From Amoebophrya sp. A120 (taxonomy: Eukaryota > Protista > Dinoflagellata), in the NCBI GenBank assembly GCA_905178155.1, contig CAJINV010000003.1:2955715-3019714 (forward strand): a stretch of DNA of 64,000 nucleotides, in the 5' to 3' direction. A model generated the notes under the pieces. It worked only from the letters and a program-made list of their open reading frames with translations, had not been told where the DNA came from and did no database searches. Both the position numbers and the translations under genes were made by a program. Positions 1-11,378 of this stretch are shown here, piece by piece (positions within the stretch are counted from its first letter, which is position 1; every line of letters starts with the position of its first letter).

Positions 1-2861
1 GTCCCTTGAACCGTTCGTTCAGCATTTGCAGGTAGCTGACCCCGACATAGTGGGGCATCCCGGGTGTGAAACCACCACGAACCACCACTATCGTCGGCTC
101 CTCAAACCGGGAAATTGTGCCGCGCCAGAGTCCATTCACGTACACCAAAACCGCGTCGAATTCTTTCGGTGGGGGATCCAACAGTACTTCGAGGATACCG
201 ACCGGTAATGCCTGCGCGACTGCTCCCTGCGACGGGTCGCTAGAAACGAGATCCATGGTCGTGACGGTGGAGTTTATCGTAGTGTTGGCGAACAACGTCC
301 CGTTCGTTGTCGCATTGACGACGGTCGACGCATTCGTCCAATTCGTGCTGTTCGTGTCGTCTTCTTCGTCCGAACCGGCGCCCGGGGCGGGGGAGAAAAG
401 GCTAGCGGGTAGGCTAGGTAGTTGCGGAACAGGAACCGAGTAAGCAAAGCCCAGACGCGCTGGCGGGTCCGGACGGTACTGCAGGGGAGCAAGGCCGCCG
501 TTGGGCACCAGCCCCCATCTCGCGACCCCGTCAAGAAACAAACCGGTTCCTATCCCCAACCAGATGGCAGAGGTTTTGTGCACGGGCGCTTGCGCAAGGG
601 GTATCATCACGAGGCCGATGCTGGCGTGGTGCAGATGCGGGGAAAAGTGCTTTCTCACCTCGCTACCGTCGTGCCAGGTCACGATCGGATGCAGAACGCA
701 CAGCAGAAAGTAAACGACGATGGTTCGTCGCCATTGCGACTTTCGCTTTTGGATCCCTGCGCGGTTTATTGCCTCTGCTCGCCGATTTTGATCAGCCTGC
801 TCTTCGCCGCTTTTCCCCACTTTTCCAGACACGTCGCCAGTGATGTTATCTTCTGTGACGACGCCTCGGTGACCAAGGTCCGCAACCGCAGTTGATCTTG
901 GCTGGCCAGCATCTTCTAAAGAGTCCTCAGGACGCGTCAACCCGGCGTCATCGTGGTCTGCCAAGACCACTTCAGACGATGGGTTGTTCGCACCGCGTTC
1001 CTGTGACGGCGCAGGGTCGTCTCTTTGCGCACTCTCCGAAACGATCATCAGGGTTGCTTGCTTTTCGTCCACCCCCTTCGTTTCCCCCACCTCAACCTGG
1101 GGTCGAGTTTCAGCGTCGAACTCTCGACTCTCCTCCTGCTTCTCCCTTTCGTCCGTGCCTGCGTCTCGTCCTTTAAGCGAACTAGAACTCTTCCTCGATC
1201 CAATTGACGCGAACATCATCTGCCACCACTCCGCACACCGCTGGGACACTTTCTCGGCGGATACTGGGAAGAAGAAGCAGCACAAGGCGCGCAAGACTTC
1301 CAAGAGAAGAAGCGCGACAAACACGATGAGAGCCCAAAACCAGACCACCGATTTCCCCTCCGTGTTGTCGGAGTCCGCGGATTCCTCCCAAACGCTCGCC
1401 GACAAGTTCGAGTCGAAGCTGTTCACCGGCACCACGTTATCAATTTCCGGAAAGAAGCCGAACATGATGCAGTGCGGGACGAGAAAGCACGTGCGCAAGC
1501 AACACAGATCTAGCAAGCCCTGCGGTGGGCCTTTGGTACCGCCTTGAGTCGTGCTGATCAACACGCCCTCTCGCTCGACACCGTCGACGTCGTCCTTGTC
1601 GAGGACGACCATCGAACGCGTCTCTACGATTCCACCGGCGGGAAACAGGAACGGAAATTGGAACATGTAAAAGCAAACCCACAACAGCGACAGGCAAATC
1701 AGCATGGTAATGGGCACGGCCACTAGGGACGTTTGCGGGTCCGGAGTCGGCAGTTGGAAGAAAAGGATGTGCACCACGGCCACGCTCCAAGCCGCAACGA
1801 AGAACCAGCTGCTGCCGTGCAGTCGATTGCTGAGCGCCTTGTGCAGTTCTTCGTCACGATTGTCTTTCCGGGTGGACCGGTGGAAGACTTCTTGCAGCCA
1901 AGCAGTGCCAAAAAGGTACAAGGCAGCAAACGTGAACGCGATCGGCTCCACCACACTCAACACCTCTGCGTACGACCAAGCCGTGCTGTCGCACTGGTCA
2001 AGCTCCACCGCGCGTGGAAAATACCTGGATACAGATACATGCAGCTACTGGCTCAGAGGAAACCAAAACCACATGCAAAGATCACGAAAAACATTGAAAA
2101 AAATCGCTCGAACAGGAGAGCCCAGCCGCGGGGTACTAGGTCCAAAAAATTTACAAGAACGGCGCGAGTACATGTGAGATGAACCACCTATTTACTTCCT
2201 TCTCCTACGATCGCATTTATTTCTAGAGAAAATTAGTACTCACAACTACAACATCACGACTAATGAATCAGAATCTTAGCGAAGATCGATTAGATAAAGT
2301 AAATCCGCACCCCATGGCTGAGGATTGCCCGGCGCCGCTGGTGATACTGGGATAGGAATCCTGTCCGCCAATGACTCGGTACCGCAGACAACCCCCGGTG
2401 CCGTCCTCGACAAGGCCCGCGTGGACGCCGGCGGGGCAGAGCAAACTGGTCGCGGAATAGACAAACGTGTTCCGGGCACCGTTTCCGTTCACCAAGGTGG
2501 CGCCACCATAGATGCTGCCCGCCAGCCGTCGCACTTGCTGCGCGCACCCGCTGCTGCAGTACACCGTCTTCCAATCCGTGCTGAAGTCACACGCCTGGCC
2601 GTTCACACTGCACATTTGCGGCGACCAGTAGCTGGAGAAGCAGCTACTTGTCACGCTGTTCTCCGGCACCGTGAAGAGGATGAGCAGCAGCACTCCGATC
2701 GGAATGACGTAAAGGCACAGGTGGAATAGCAGCCGGGTCCGCCCGTTATCCTTCATCTTGTGCGCAATCGCACTCTGCACCGGCCAGACCTTCTGGATGA
2801 AGACCTCATGGGCGCGTTGTCGCACTGCCTGCATGCGCATCGTCCCCAGCCCAAACACCAT
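1..2861 (-). CDS. LCCL-domain multi-pass membrane protein (3' end runs off window)
   Basis: ORF 2268..2948 has a TM helix followed by LCCL-like motifs (IYGG..., YSATSLLCPAGVHAGLV, GGCLRYRV). A GT-AG intron (~2025-2310) joins it to YFPRAVELDQC...; the stretches of this frame I translated are open and hydrophobic toward position 1. ATG at 2861 is assumed. Confidence 0.65.
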
Positions 2862-3208
2862 TCTCCTGCGTTGCTTGTTGTGCGCCCCAAAAAAAAGAGC
2901 GCCGGCCCGGGTGGCCTGCAACAAATAAAGCGCAAGGTGTGGTGACAAATGAAGATGGGGCTTTGGTGCTTACAGAGCCAATATTTCAGCGGTGAATGGT
3001 TGTTCACCTTGTTGCCGGCTGTGAGTCGAAAAAGGTTTTTTTCACTCCTTCTGCCCCTCCGTGCGTCACATTTTCTCCAACTGATCAACATCTTCCCGAA
3101 GGCAAGCTCCGGATTTCTTGTTGCTCTACAGCACTCACACGCCTCGTCCTCTCTCATGCTCCTCAGAGTGGTGACTTGACTCAACGTCGACCTGAAATAA
3201 AATCCCGA

Positions 3209-3889
3209 CTAGAGGTCGTGGTTGTACTTGGTCATGCTTTGCCTCGCAAGTCGCATCGCGGTGACGTCACTGCGGTACGAGTAAGTTTTCTCCAGCGCAT
3301 CGTGCGGCTCCGTGTCCTTTGCGTATGTTTTCTGTCGCTCGGTGTCGAAGGGCTTTACTTTCCGCTCGGGCCACGGAACTACTTGTCCGGACTTTTTTGC
3401 AATTCGCAAAATCGCACCGTCCGGCTGAAAACTGGTGTTTTTCGAAAACAACTTGCAAATTAAAATCATATGTGCCTGCTCAAAATATGGGTTACATACA
3501 TGCTCAAAATATGGCTGTGTCGCCATCTTCACGAAGAATCCAAATTAAGTCCTATACTTGAGGCAGGTCCGCGTTGCCTCCCGCGTCACCGGGTCCAGCA
3601 GGTTCACGTTGGAGTAGTGAATCTTGCGCTCCACCTGGACTTTGTGCCCGCTCTTGTCCCGGAGCATCTGTAGATTGCAGCCCTTGACCTTGACCATGTT
3701 TCTGCGCTTGTCCACCGCAAGAACGACTCCTTCCTTCTCTTTGTCTTTACCAGATAACACGCGAACATCGTCGCCCGGGGCGATCTTCCACGTGCGAATC
3801 ATGTCCTTCGGCATAACACATTTTGGAAAAAGGAGGGCAGCACTGGCTTGAAAAGCGAATCCACGGGAATGGGCCTGCAGAAATCCCAT
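3209..3889 (-). CDS. MRPL24: Mitochondrial ribosomal protein uL24m (2 exons)
   Basis: KOW motif WKIAPGDDVRVLSGKDKEKEGVV and IHYSNVNLLDP. A GT-AG intron (donor at 3557) joins to DGAILRIAKKSGQVVPWP...KDT. The start could be upstream at 4030. Confidence 0.85.
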
Positions 3890-4435
3890 ACTGAGCTGCT
3901 GCAATCGGCTTCTGTCAATACTCGCGACGGGATTTTTCGTTGGAAAGACGCGCGTCACGCTCACCGGGACGCCCGCAGCGAAACAAGAGGTAAGTCCTCC
4001 GAGGAGAGGAGCGCCTACAACTCTTTCCATGTTTGTTGATGGCGTCCAACCTTCACGGCCAGAGCTTCGTGTGGCGAAGTGCTTGGTTACGTGACAAAAG
4101 TGTCTCAGAAACGGCCACACGACCCAGCCGGAAAACAAAACTACAGAAATTTACCGCCCGACTTCGGCGGGAAAAACAAACACAGTGTATTTCGGATCCC
4201 TTTTCGATGCTTCTAAGAAGTCCGCACGAACGCAAAGGTGAGGGTGATCAAATTGATCCAACGACCGACGATCGCTTCCCAGCTTTTCCTTTTGCTTTTG
4301 GTTTTTCTACAACTTGCGAACACACTTAAAACAAAATTGGCTTCTCTTGTTTGGGTTTGACTTCGACAATTCCCGCGACCTTGTGTTCGCGAAGATTTAG
4401 CACCGTCTTGAAATATGTGTCGTTTGGTCGCGAAA

Positions 4436-6484
4436 TCACGATGCATTGCCACTTTCCTCGGTGGATCCGGAGCAGCACAGAAGACAGGACCTGCATTGCA
4501 GTACTTTCAACCTGCTTATACGTGAGGGGCGCCTGCTACTGTTCTCGCGCTGTAACACACCCGTCAAAGAACTCTGAAGCGTCATGTGCATCACTTCCGC
4601 AGGAACAGGTTTAAGTGAGCCATGGCTTGTTGTTGCCTCTTCCAAAGCAACGAAAGTCGCTTCCGGCGGAAATATTTTGCGACACTCTTCTTCCCGCTCC
4701 GGATGGTAGAAAACCAGTATCGACTCGGGCGTAGAACGCAACAGCACGGTGCGGCTCCACAGCACGAAGTTCGTCAAATCTGACATAAGATTTTCAAACG
4801 TGCGGCGGTCCAGTTTGTTTTGGTCCTGTGAGGGCAAGCAAATCCAAAGTTTGTGGTTTGCGCGTTGTTGTTGCACATAAAATTGCATATTCGGATTCTA
4901 TGAACAGATTTTCAACCAATTCGGATTCTATGAACAGACTTCTCTTTTCGCGTCGGCGTACTATGAAGAGCACCGGAAATTGTAAGTAAGTACCAACTCC
5001 GCGAAGGGCTAGGAACAGCGACAGCGTAGCGTAAGGATCTGCGTCATCTTTCCAGTTTCCACACAGTTTTGGTGTGCATGAAACCAACACCTTCCCCTTT
5101 GAACGGGCCTGGTCCTGCTGTAGCCTAGCGTTGTCACGCTGCTGCAGCTGCGAGTGATGCTGCGCGGTGCTGTCGACGGTTTCTGCATCAGACACCACAG
5201 GACCCGGATTCGGCGGAAGAGTTACAGTGATGCTCTGGTACGCTGTTGAGAAACATGAAAATGTGAGGACTGGTCGTGCTAGTAAACCACGGACAAAACA
5301 TCTATCTCTATCTGAAAATACGATTGATTTTGAATTTGAGAAAAAAGAAGAATTACAGCTGCCTGCATGTGCATGATCATGTCCACGTCAACAAAACAAT
5401 AAATTTGTTTACTTTCGCGTCCTTGCGGGAGCTCGGCCGCCGAAAGCACCGAGTTCCGCGCATCTTCGTAGATATCGCGAGAGGAGAGCTCCACGAACAA
5501 TTTCGATGCCTTGCGGCCCAGGGCTTTGCCTGACCCCGTGCGGCGAAAGGACAGTCGGCTTATGATCGATGAGCCCCCTGCTCGGCCTCCAGCGCTCCTT
5601 TTTCTCGACTTCTTCCCGTGGTGGCTGTGGTCCTTTTTTGCGGACGCTACGGCGTTTGGAAGATTGTCTTCGCCTGCTCCAAGGTCGCTTTCTACCGAGC
5701 TGCCATTCGTCGAAGACGTGGCCGACTTCGAGAGCTTCGGCGGTACAGAGACAGCATCGACGTCTTCGGTGACGGTGACGCTGTCGCGTCCGGCCATCAA
5801 AGGCGCTGCGGCCGCTGCGCTGCACTTGGCATCCGGAGTGCGGGCTTCGTGGTCCACCCCGGATTCACGAAACGACGATCCTGGCGCTGCCAGTAACGAC
5901 AGTCGTGGATCCCGAGCCCGGTTCAGCTGCTCCAAGCTGCACTTCTCGCAGAGTTGGTCCACAATTTCGCCGGCGAGCCGCGAATCCGAATGGTAGGCAA
6001 TGTTCACCGACTTCCAGGCAATCACGGGCGCGGTCTCGGGAATACCGGTGAACCGTTTTCGAAACACATTCGAAAAATTCTTCATCTTGAACACCACGGA
6101 TTTCGACGAAGCATTCAGAGTGCCCAGGGAGCCGCGTTTGTTGTTCCCGCTACTTGTTTTGGCTCCCGAGTGATTCCCATTGCCGCCACTCGAAGAAGAC
6201 GCGGAGGAGGACGTGGATACCCGCCAGGTGGGAAGCGACACGCCCGAGAGCTTGCGTCCTTTTGGCGGTGCCGACCCGCACTTTTTGTCAGCTGGTGTCA
6301 CTACACTCGGTTGTACTGCGCCGGGGGGCCTCGTTTTAATATTTGTGGTTCCAAAGAAAGGACTCTTCATCTGCACCGTTGCTCCTTCGTTCTTCGAGGA
6401 TGGGTGGCCGGTCGCCAATCCCGACACCCCCCCTGGAAGACGGTCAGACCCCATTCTGTCAAACGTTCCCTTCTTCAACCTCAA
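4436..6484 (-). CDS. Hypothetical Ser-rich protein, at least 3 exons
   Basis: The 401-aa ORF 5279..6484 splices in frame (GTAAAC donor ~5412, AG acceptor ~5243) to TYQSITVTLPP..., then probably to ORF 4436..4888. No family recognised. Confidence 0.5.
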
Positions 6485-6865
6485 CCAAGGACGGGGCCAG
6501 ATGCTTATTAAGTAAGTTCAGTTCCCGAATGACTCTTAACAAAGCATCTTCCGCTCACACATGTCCCATCAACTCTCCTCACTCCTAGATGATGTTGGGC
6601 TCGTGCTAGTAACAAGCTCACACTGGTAAGTCACCAACGAGCGGCTGGTGGCTCTCTTTCTGGAAGGATTCATGAAGCGAAGCACGAAATACAACTCACA
6701 TGAAGAAATTGCAACGCACGATGAACTCTGGCACTTCCAGTCACGGGCAAAGCTCCGCACCACCCTGGTACCGGGTTGCCACCCAGGTGTTGTTCAGAAA
6801 GAGAAACAGCGACTACAGTCGTATAATTCATGAACATTAGTACAAATATAGCCGCCGGGGCGGGG

Positions 6866-7568
6866 GTAGTGAGGTCGTGGGCGTTTTTTTGCCGACCGTA
6901 GCCGTGGCCGCGGCTTTGCTTTTCATGGGCTCGCCATACCGCCGTGAGTAACGTTATGCCGCACGGTATGGCGGCCACTTGGGAAACGTCGCAAATTTTG
7001 GCACATTTCCAAAATTCCTTTCCGAAAGCCAGCCCCGATGCTATGGGGCCGATCCGGGTGCCACGGGGGGCGCCCAAAAAGCGAAGAAAAACCGGGCCCA
7101 TAGCATGCGGATTGGCTTTGTGCATCTGGCGCGCTTTTTATTTTTCGCGTTTTTATTTTTCACGCCGGCGCTTTTTGCAAAGCTTCCCAGGCTCTGAAAC
7201 CGGCGAAAAGGCGGCCGCATTCGCGGCCGCCCAAAATGCTCCGAAATCGCGGCCGTGCCATGCTGTTTCGCTGTTCTGATTTTGGGCGCGTTTTTTGCGC
7301 GCCCCTTTTTGGGCGCCCCAAATCGCCAGAAACTAAGGCGGTGGGCGCCTCAGAAGGGCGCCCCTTTTGCCGGCTCCCCTGCGTCGTTTTATCAAGTGCG
7401 AATCGATAGTTTTCGACCGGGCTTGTTTGACAACAAAGCCCCGGCCGCTTGATAAGTGCAAATTTTTTTCGTCAAAAAACACTTTCGGCCGCTTGAAAAC
7501 TGCCGGTCGTTTTTCACGGGAGCTGTCAAAAAAACTCCCTGGTTAGAACCGTTCGGTGACCTCACTAC
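6866..7568. mobile_element. Candidate intergenic MITE-like element
   Basis: 11-bp inverted repeat GTAGTGAGGTC (6866-6876) / GACCTCACTAC (7558-7568) brackets a compositionally distinct block of A/T runs and GC palindromes. No target-site duplication is visible. Confidence 0.35.
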
Positions 7569-7730
7569 ATACGAAAAGTCTGTTTTTGTTTGTCCGTTTT
7601 GGATGCTGTGAAAATGAAAAACCTTGCGAAGAAGTGCTATTACATGATCATGCGCCGTAAAAACGTCAATCCGAGTGCAGTTGACATTTCAATTTCAAAA
7701 TGGAAGTTGCATGATGGCGTTGTCATACAT

Positions 7731-10244
7731 TTAACTCGGGAAGTCATCGTCTCCGAAGACCATCTCTTCGTCATCTGACTCGTCGTCCGGAAACAGGCCA
7801 TTGGTTCGCAGGTAGGCATTTGCCTTCTCAATAGCGACGTCCTTCAGCTTGATGCCAAACCGACCCTTGTCCGGGTCTCCCTTCAACAGCGCAAACGCCT
7901 TGGTCTTCGTAGACCGGTCCTTCAGGTAGCAGCTGCTCTCCCCCATTTCCTTCAGCATCGCCTGCATCCACACGTCGGCAGTGGTTTTATCTGAAAAAAT
8001 TTACGAAGATTTTACCTCCTGCTTAAATTTTTGACACTGGTGGACTACAACACCCGTTCGATTTTTCGTCGATAAAGAAACACAAACACTTCCCCTGCTT
8101 TTCTTGCACGAAGTCCTCACAACCGAGGTGAAATAAAACGCTCAAAATCCTCGCGAAAAAGATACCTTGCAGTTTCTCGGGTACGTAGGCGACGCAAGCG
8201 AGGTCCGTATCCGAGGAGAAAATCATCTTTCCGACGTGGCCAGAGCCACCTTTTCGCTCCTCTTCGCTGGGGTCGGACTTAGCATTCATCGCGTCGACGG
8301 ACATCTCGGTATAGTCCAGGTCCCCTGCGGGGCAATCGACGGAGGTACCTGAGAAAAATATGTGTAGTTGTACGCCGGTCGCTTGCTTGTCAAAATTCTA
8401 TTTTGGTTCTTCTGGGAAAAGGGAATCAAAAATCCAAAATACAATCAAAGTAAGAAGACAATCATTTTCTGTACAGAAAAAGTTGAGGCCGCCCATGTCC
8501 GACACACCCTCGATTTCTACGCCGCGCTTGCCGCCCTCTTTCAAAACCTGAAGAGCAATGGAAATACGGAATAGTACACGCAGACATCTAAGCGGGGCAT
8601 ATCTCCTCGGGAATGAATCTACAACACGAACGTACCAGAGAATGTGCTACTTCTTATCTTACTCTTTCTCTTTTTTAGTTTCTTTCATCACAGAAGTGCG
8701 TATCGGTACTTACCTTCTTCTTGATTTGCTCCGGCGTCGGGCCAGCAGGTGCTTCCTTCTTTGCTGCTTCTGCCTTGGCTTTTGGTTGCTGCTTAGCCTT
8801 GGGTTCCGCCTTCGGTTTGGCAGCTGGTTTTGACGCGGCGGCCTTTCCCTGCTGCTCCTTCTTTCCTGCTCCCTTTGCAGCTTTTGGTTCTGCTGCGGGT
8901 TTCGCTTTTCCACCGCTGTTGAATACGGCCTTGAATCCCGGCTGTACCGTAATCAAATTGTACCTGAAGATAAAGATATCAAATCACGAAGGTAGCCTTC
9001 TAGTCCGAGAAGCGAGCGAGGAGCCCCGCTCTCATGCAAAATCTACACCGTCATATGCAATAAAGAAAAATGCTCTTCAGAATGCCTCACAAGGCTAAAT
9101 ACAAGAAATTGCGTTTTTTTACCATCTTCTCAAGTGGTCGAGCGGTTTCATGACCTCCCCAAGGATGTTGAGATTTTCTACGGCGTCCCACAGGACGGAG
9201 GCAATGTGGATGTCGGCGAAGGTGAGCTTCTCCCCAACCATAAAAGTGCGATGCAACAAGTGCTTGTTCAACACTTCCAAGCAGGTCGCCACGTCCAACT
9301 TTGCCCGAGCTGTCGCTTGAGTCACTTCCTGTTTTAGGCATCGGTGTTTGTCGATGTCTGCAATCGTTGTTCCATTTGTTTCTCGCTCCCAAACCGAAAC
9401 CGAATCGGAATCAGATTGATATTGATTTACATACTTACGCATGGCGCAGCACATCCAAAAACGAGTGGTGCCATCAGAAAAGTGATTGAAAAGTACCGGA
9501 AAGATCTTTTTTATCGGAAAGGCCCAGGCACACATCGGCGTCTCGAGCTCGTGCGTTGAATATTCAATCCAACTGTCAACTTCGCCACCCTCGATAAAGT
9601 TTTGCCCATACCTGTATTGTTGCACGCAGTTCGTCTTCGGTTGTTGAGTGTTTATCATGGATTCCCTAGAAGTGCATCTACATACAGACACGTTTCGCAT
9701 TGAACAGAAGACATTTTCCGGCATAAAATTTCAAAAAAAACTCCGTACAATCCGATATCAGGTCTGATGCGGGCCAGGTAGCGTCCGATTGCGTTCGACG
9801 CGAAGATGCATCCCTTGCCGGTGTCCAAAACAGGTATTTTGCCGAACATATCATTGCTCGTGCTTTGGTCGTCGATTACTTCCACATCGATGTCCGAAAT
9901 TTTCGCCATATCCTATGTAAAAACGTACCCACCCCAGAGTTGTCATGCAATTCTGCATGCCAAAAAAGTTTCTCATGCGGAGCCCTATGAGAAGCATTTT
10001 CTATTCGTGTTTTGGAATTTGTGATGCTAGAATCAGCATGGTAGGCTAGATCTGTAATGCTTCTGAGCTAGCGAAACAGGATTACACTACGAGGACAAAC
10101 TTGTCATGCCAAACGACCAAAGCTGTGTGATTTGTCTAGCAGATTTGCCAACTTGACTCTGGTGTGGGTACGTTTTTACTCAGGATACGCCAGCGCCAGC
10201 AAGCGCATCGTGCGCTCGTTCTCCTTCTTCGCGAACAGCTGCAT
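7731..10244 (-). CDS. GST-fold (eEF1B-gamma-like) N-terminal domain + Ala/Lys/Pro linker + uncharacterised C-terminal domain
   Basis: Spliced MQLFAKKENERTMRLLALAKISD...FGKIPVLDTGKGCIFASNAIGRYLAR...EVDSWIEY...LNKHLLHRTFMVGEKLTFADI (GST N and C motifs), then KEGGKRGVEIEGVSDMGGLNFFCTSVD...GGSGHVGKMIF and an acidic tail DDEEMVFGDDDFPS*. Several GT-AG introns plus one TIR intron. Confidence 0.7.
9909..10187. mobile_element. TIR introner family C (279 bp)
   Basis: Ends TATCCTATGTAAAAACGTACCCAC...GTGGGTACGTTTTTACTCAGGATA; direct repeat CGCCA at 9904-9908 and 10188-10192; removal gives in-frame LLALA|KISD. Confidence 0.92.
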
Positions 10245-11378
10245 TCTGAGTCGATATTGCCAATACTAGCGCAACGACCAGAAAATAGTATCAAAACTAC
10301 CAGAATAAACTAAGCGAGGCTCCTGTGTGTAGTACGCAGGGAAATGATGCAATAAATTCAGACTCAGAGGGGAAATGAAAAAAGCAACTTGCAAGATGTG
10401 AATTTTACTCGTTACAATACAACTTTGAAAAAAGTGGAAATGACCTTCAGAAATCCACCAAGCCTGAAAAAGTTGTGTTAGCCTTCGATCAAAAACAGTA
10501 GGTCATCCATCATGTGGAACTGCAACGCTGTGGCGTTCCTCGACAGTGAACGACAAAAAGATCCTTGAACTCAAGTCAGTACAGACCAGATCGTTCCTGT
10601 TCATGTAGCTTCATTAGAAGACTTGGACTTTCTTGCGGAGCGCAGCAAAAGGCGAGAGGAAGCTAGCGTGGAAGACAGCAACTCGATGTCTTTTATGTCT
10701 TCCTCTGCTTTGATTGCGCTGTTTCGAAACAGCATCCTTGCAGCTCCAGGAACAGGTACAGAGGTGCGCTCCCCGACAAACACAAAGTCATAGACAATGG
10801 AACTATTGCCTCGAATTTTTCTATTCTCTTTTGATATCTACAAATCGAAGTTCAGGTCCAGCTGGGTTTCATCTGCAATCTTACAAACGGGGTATAGTGC
10901 GTCTCCGCCACCAGGGAGTGTGTGGTAGTGGTTGATACATTTCCTACAACTCATCATTTCTTTAATCGGCACTGCAATGTTGCCATCTTAGTATCTAGAA
11001 TCGTAAACGAGTTCGAGTGCAGTGCACATTTTTGAGTTTATTTTGAGTCACTTAATCGAGAGTCTTGGACTTTTGTACGTTTCGCATTTACGTAGTCCAG
11101 ATCTGCTGCAGACATTAATTGGAAACTTGATGAAGCAAACTGCGTTAGCATTTTTGGCATGCGTGAACGCATTCGATGAATTTGTTCGAAAGTGGAATTA
11201 TTGCATTTTTTAGAATTTTCTCATATGTTGAGTGAATTCCTCGAGTGCACATCAACACAAGGGACGTCCTTACAACTCCATAGGATTTTGTCTATCAAGG
11301 TTTCGTACAGTACCCTGTCGGAGAGTCGAGGTTTTAAAAGCTTTGGGAAGCAGGTTTGCGTCCGGCGTTTCGCTTTCT

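Noticed and set aside
4889-4938. Short tandem duplication ATTCGGATTCTATGAACAGA (and TGCTCAAAATATGG x2 at ~3477-3514)
   Set aside because: Simple local duplications at or within introns, with no evidence of function.
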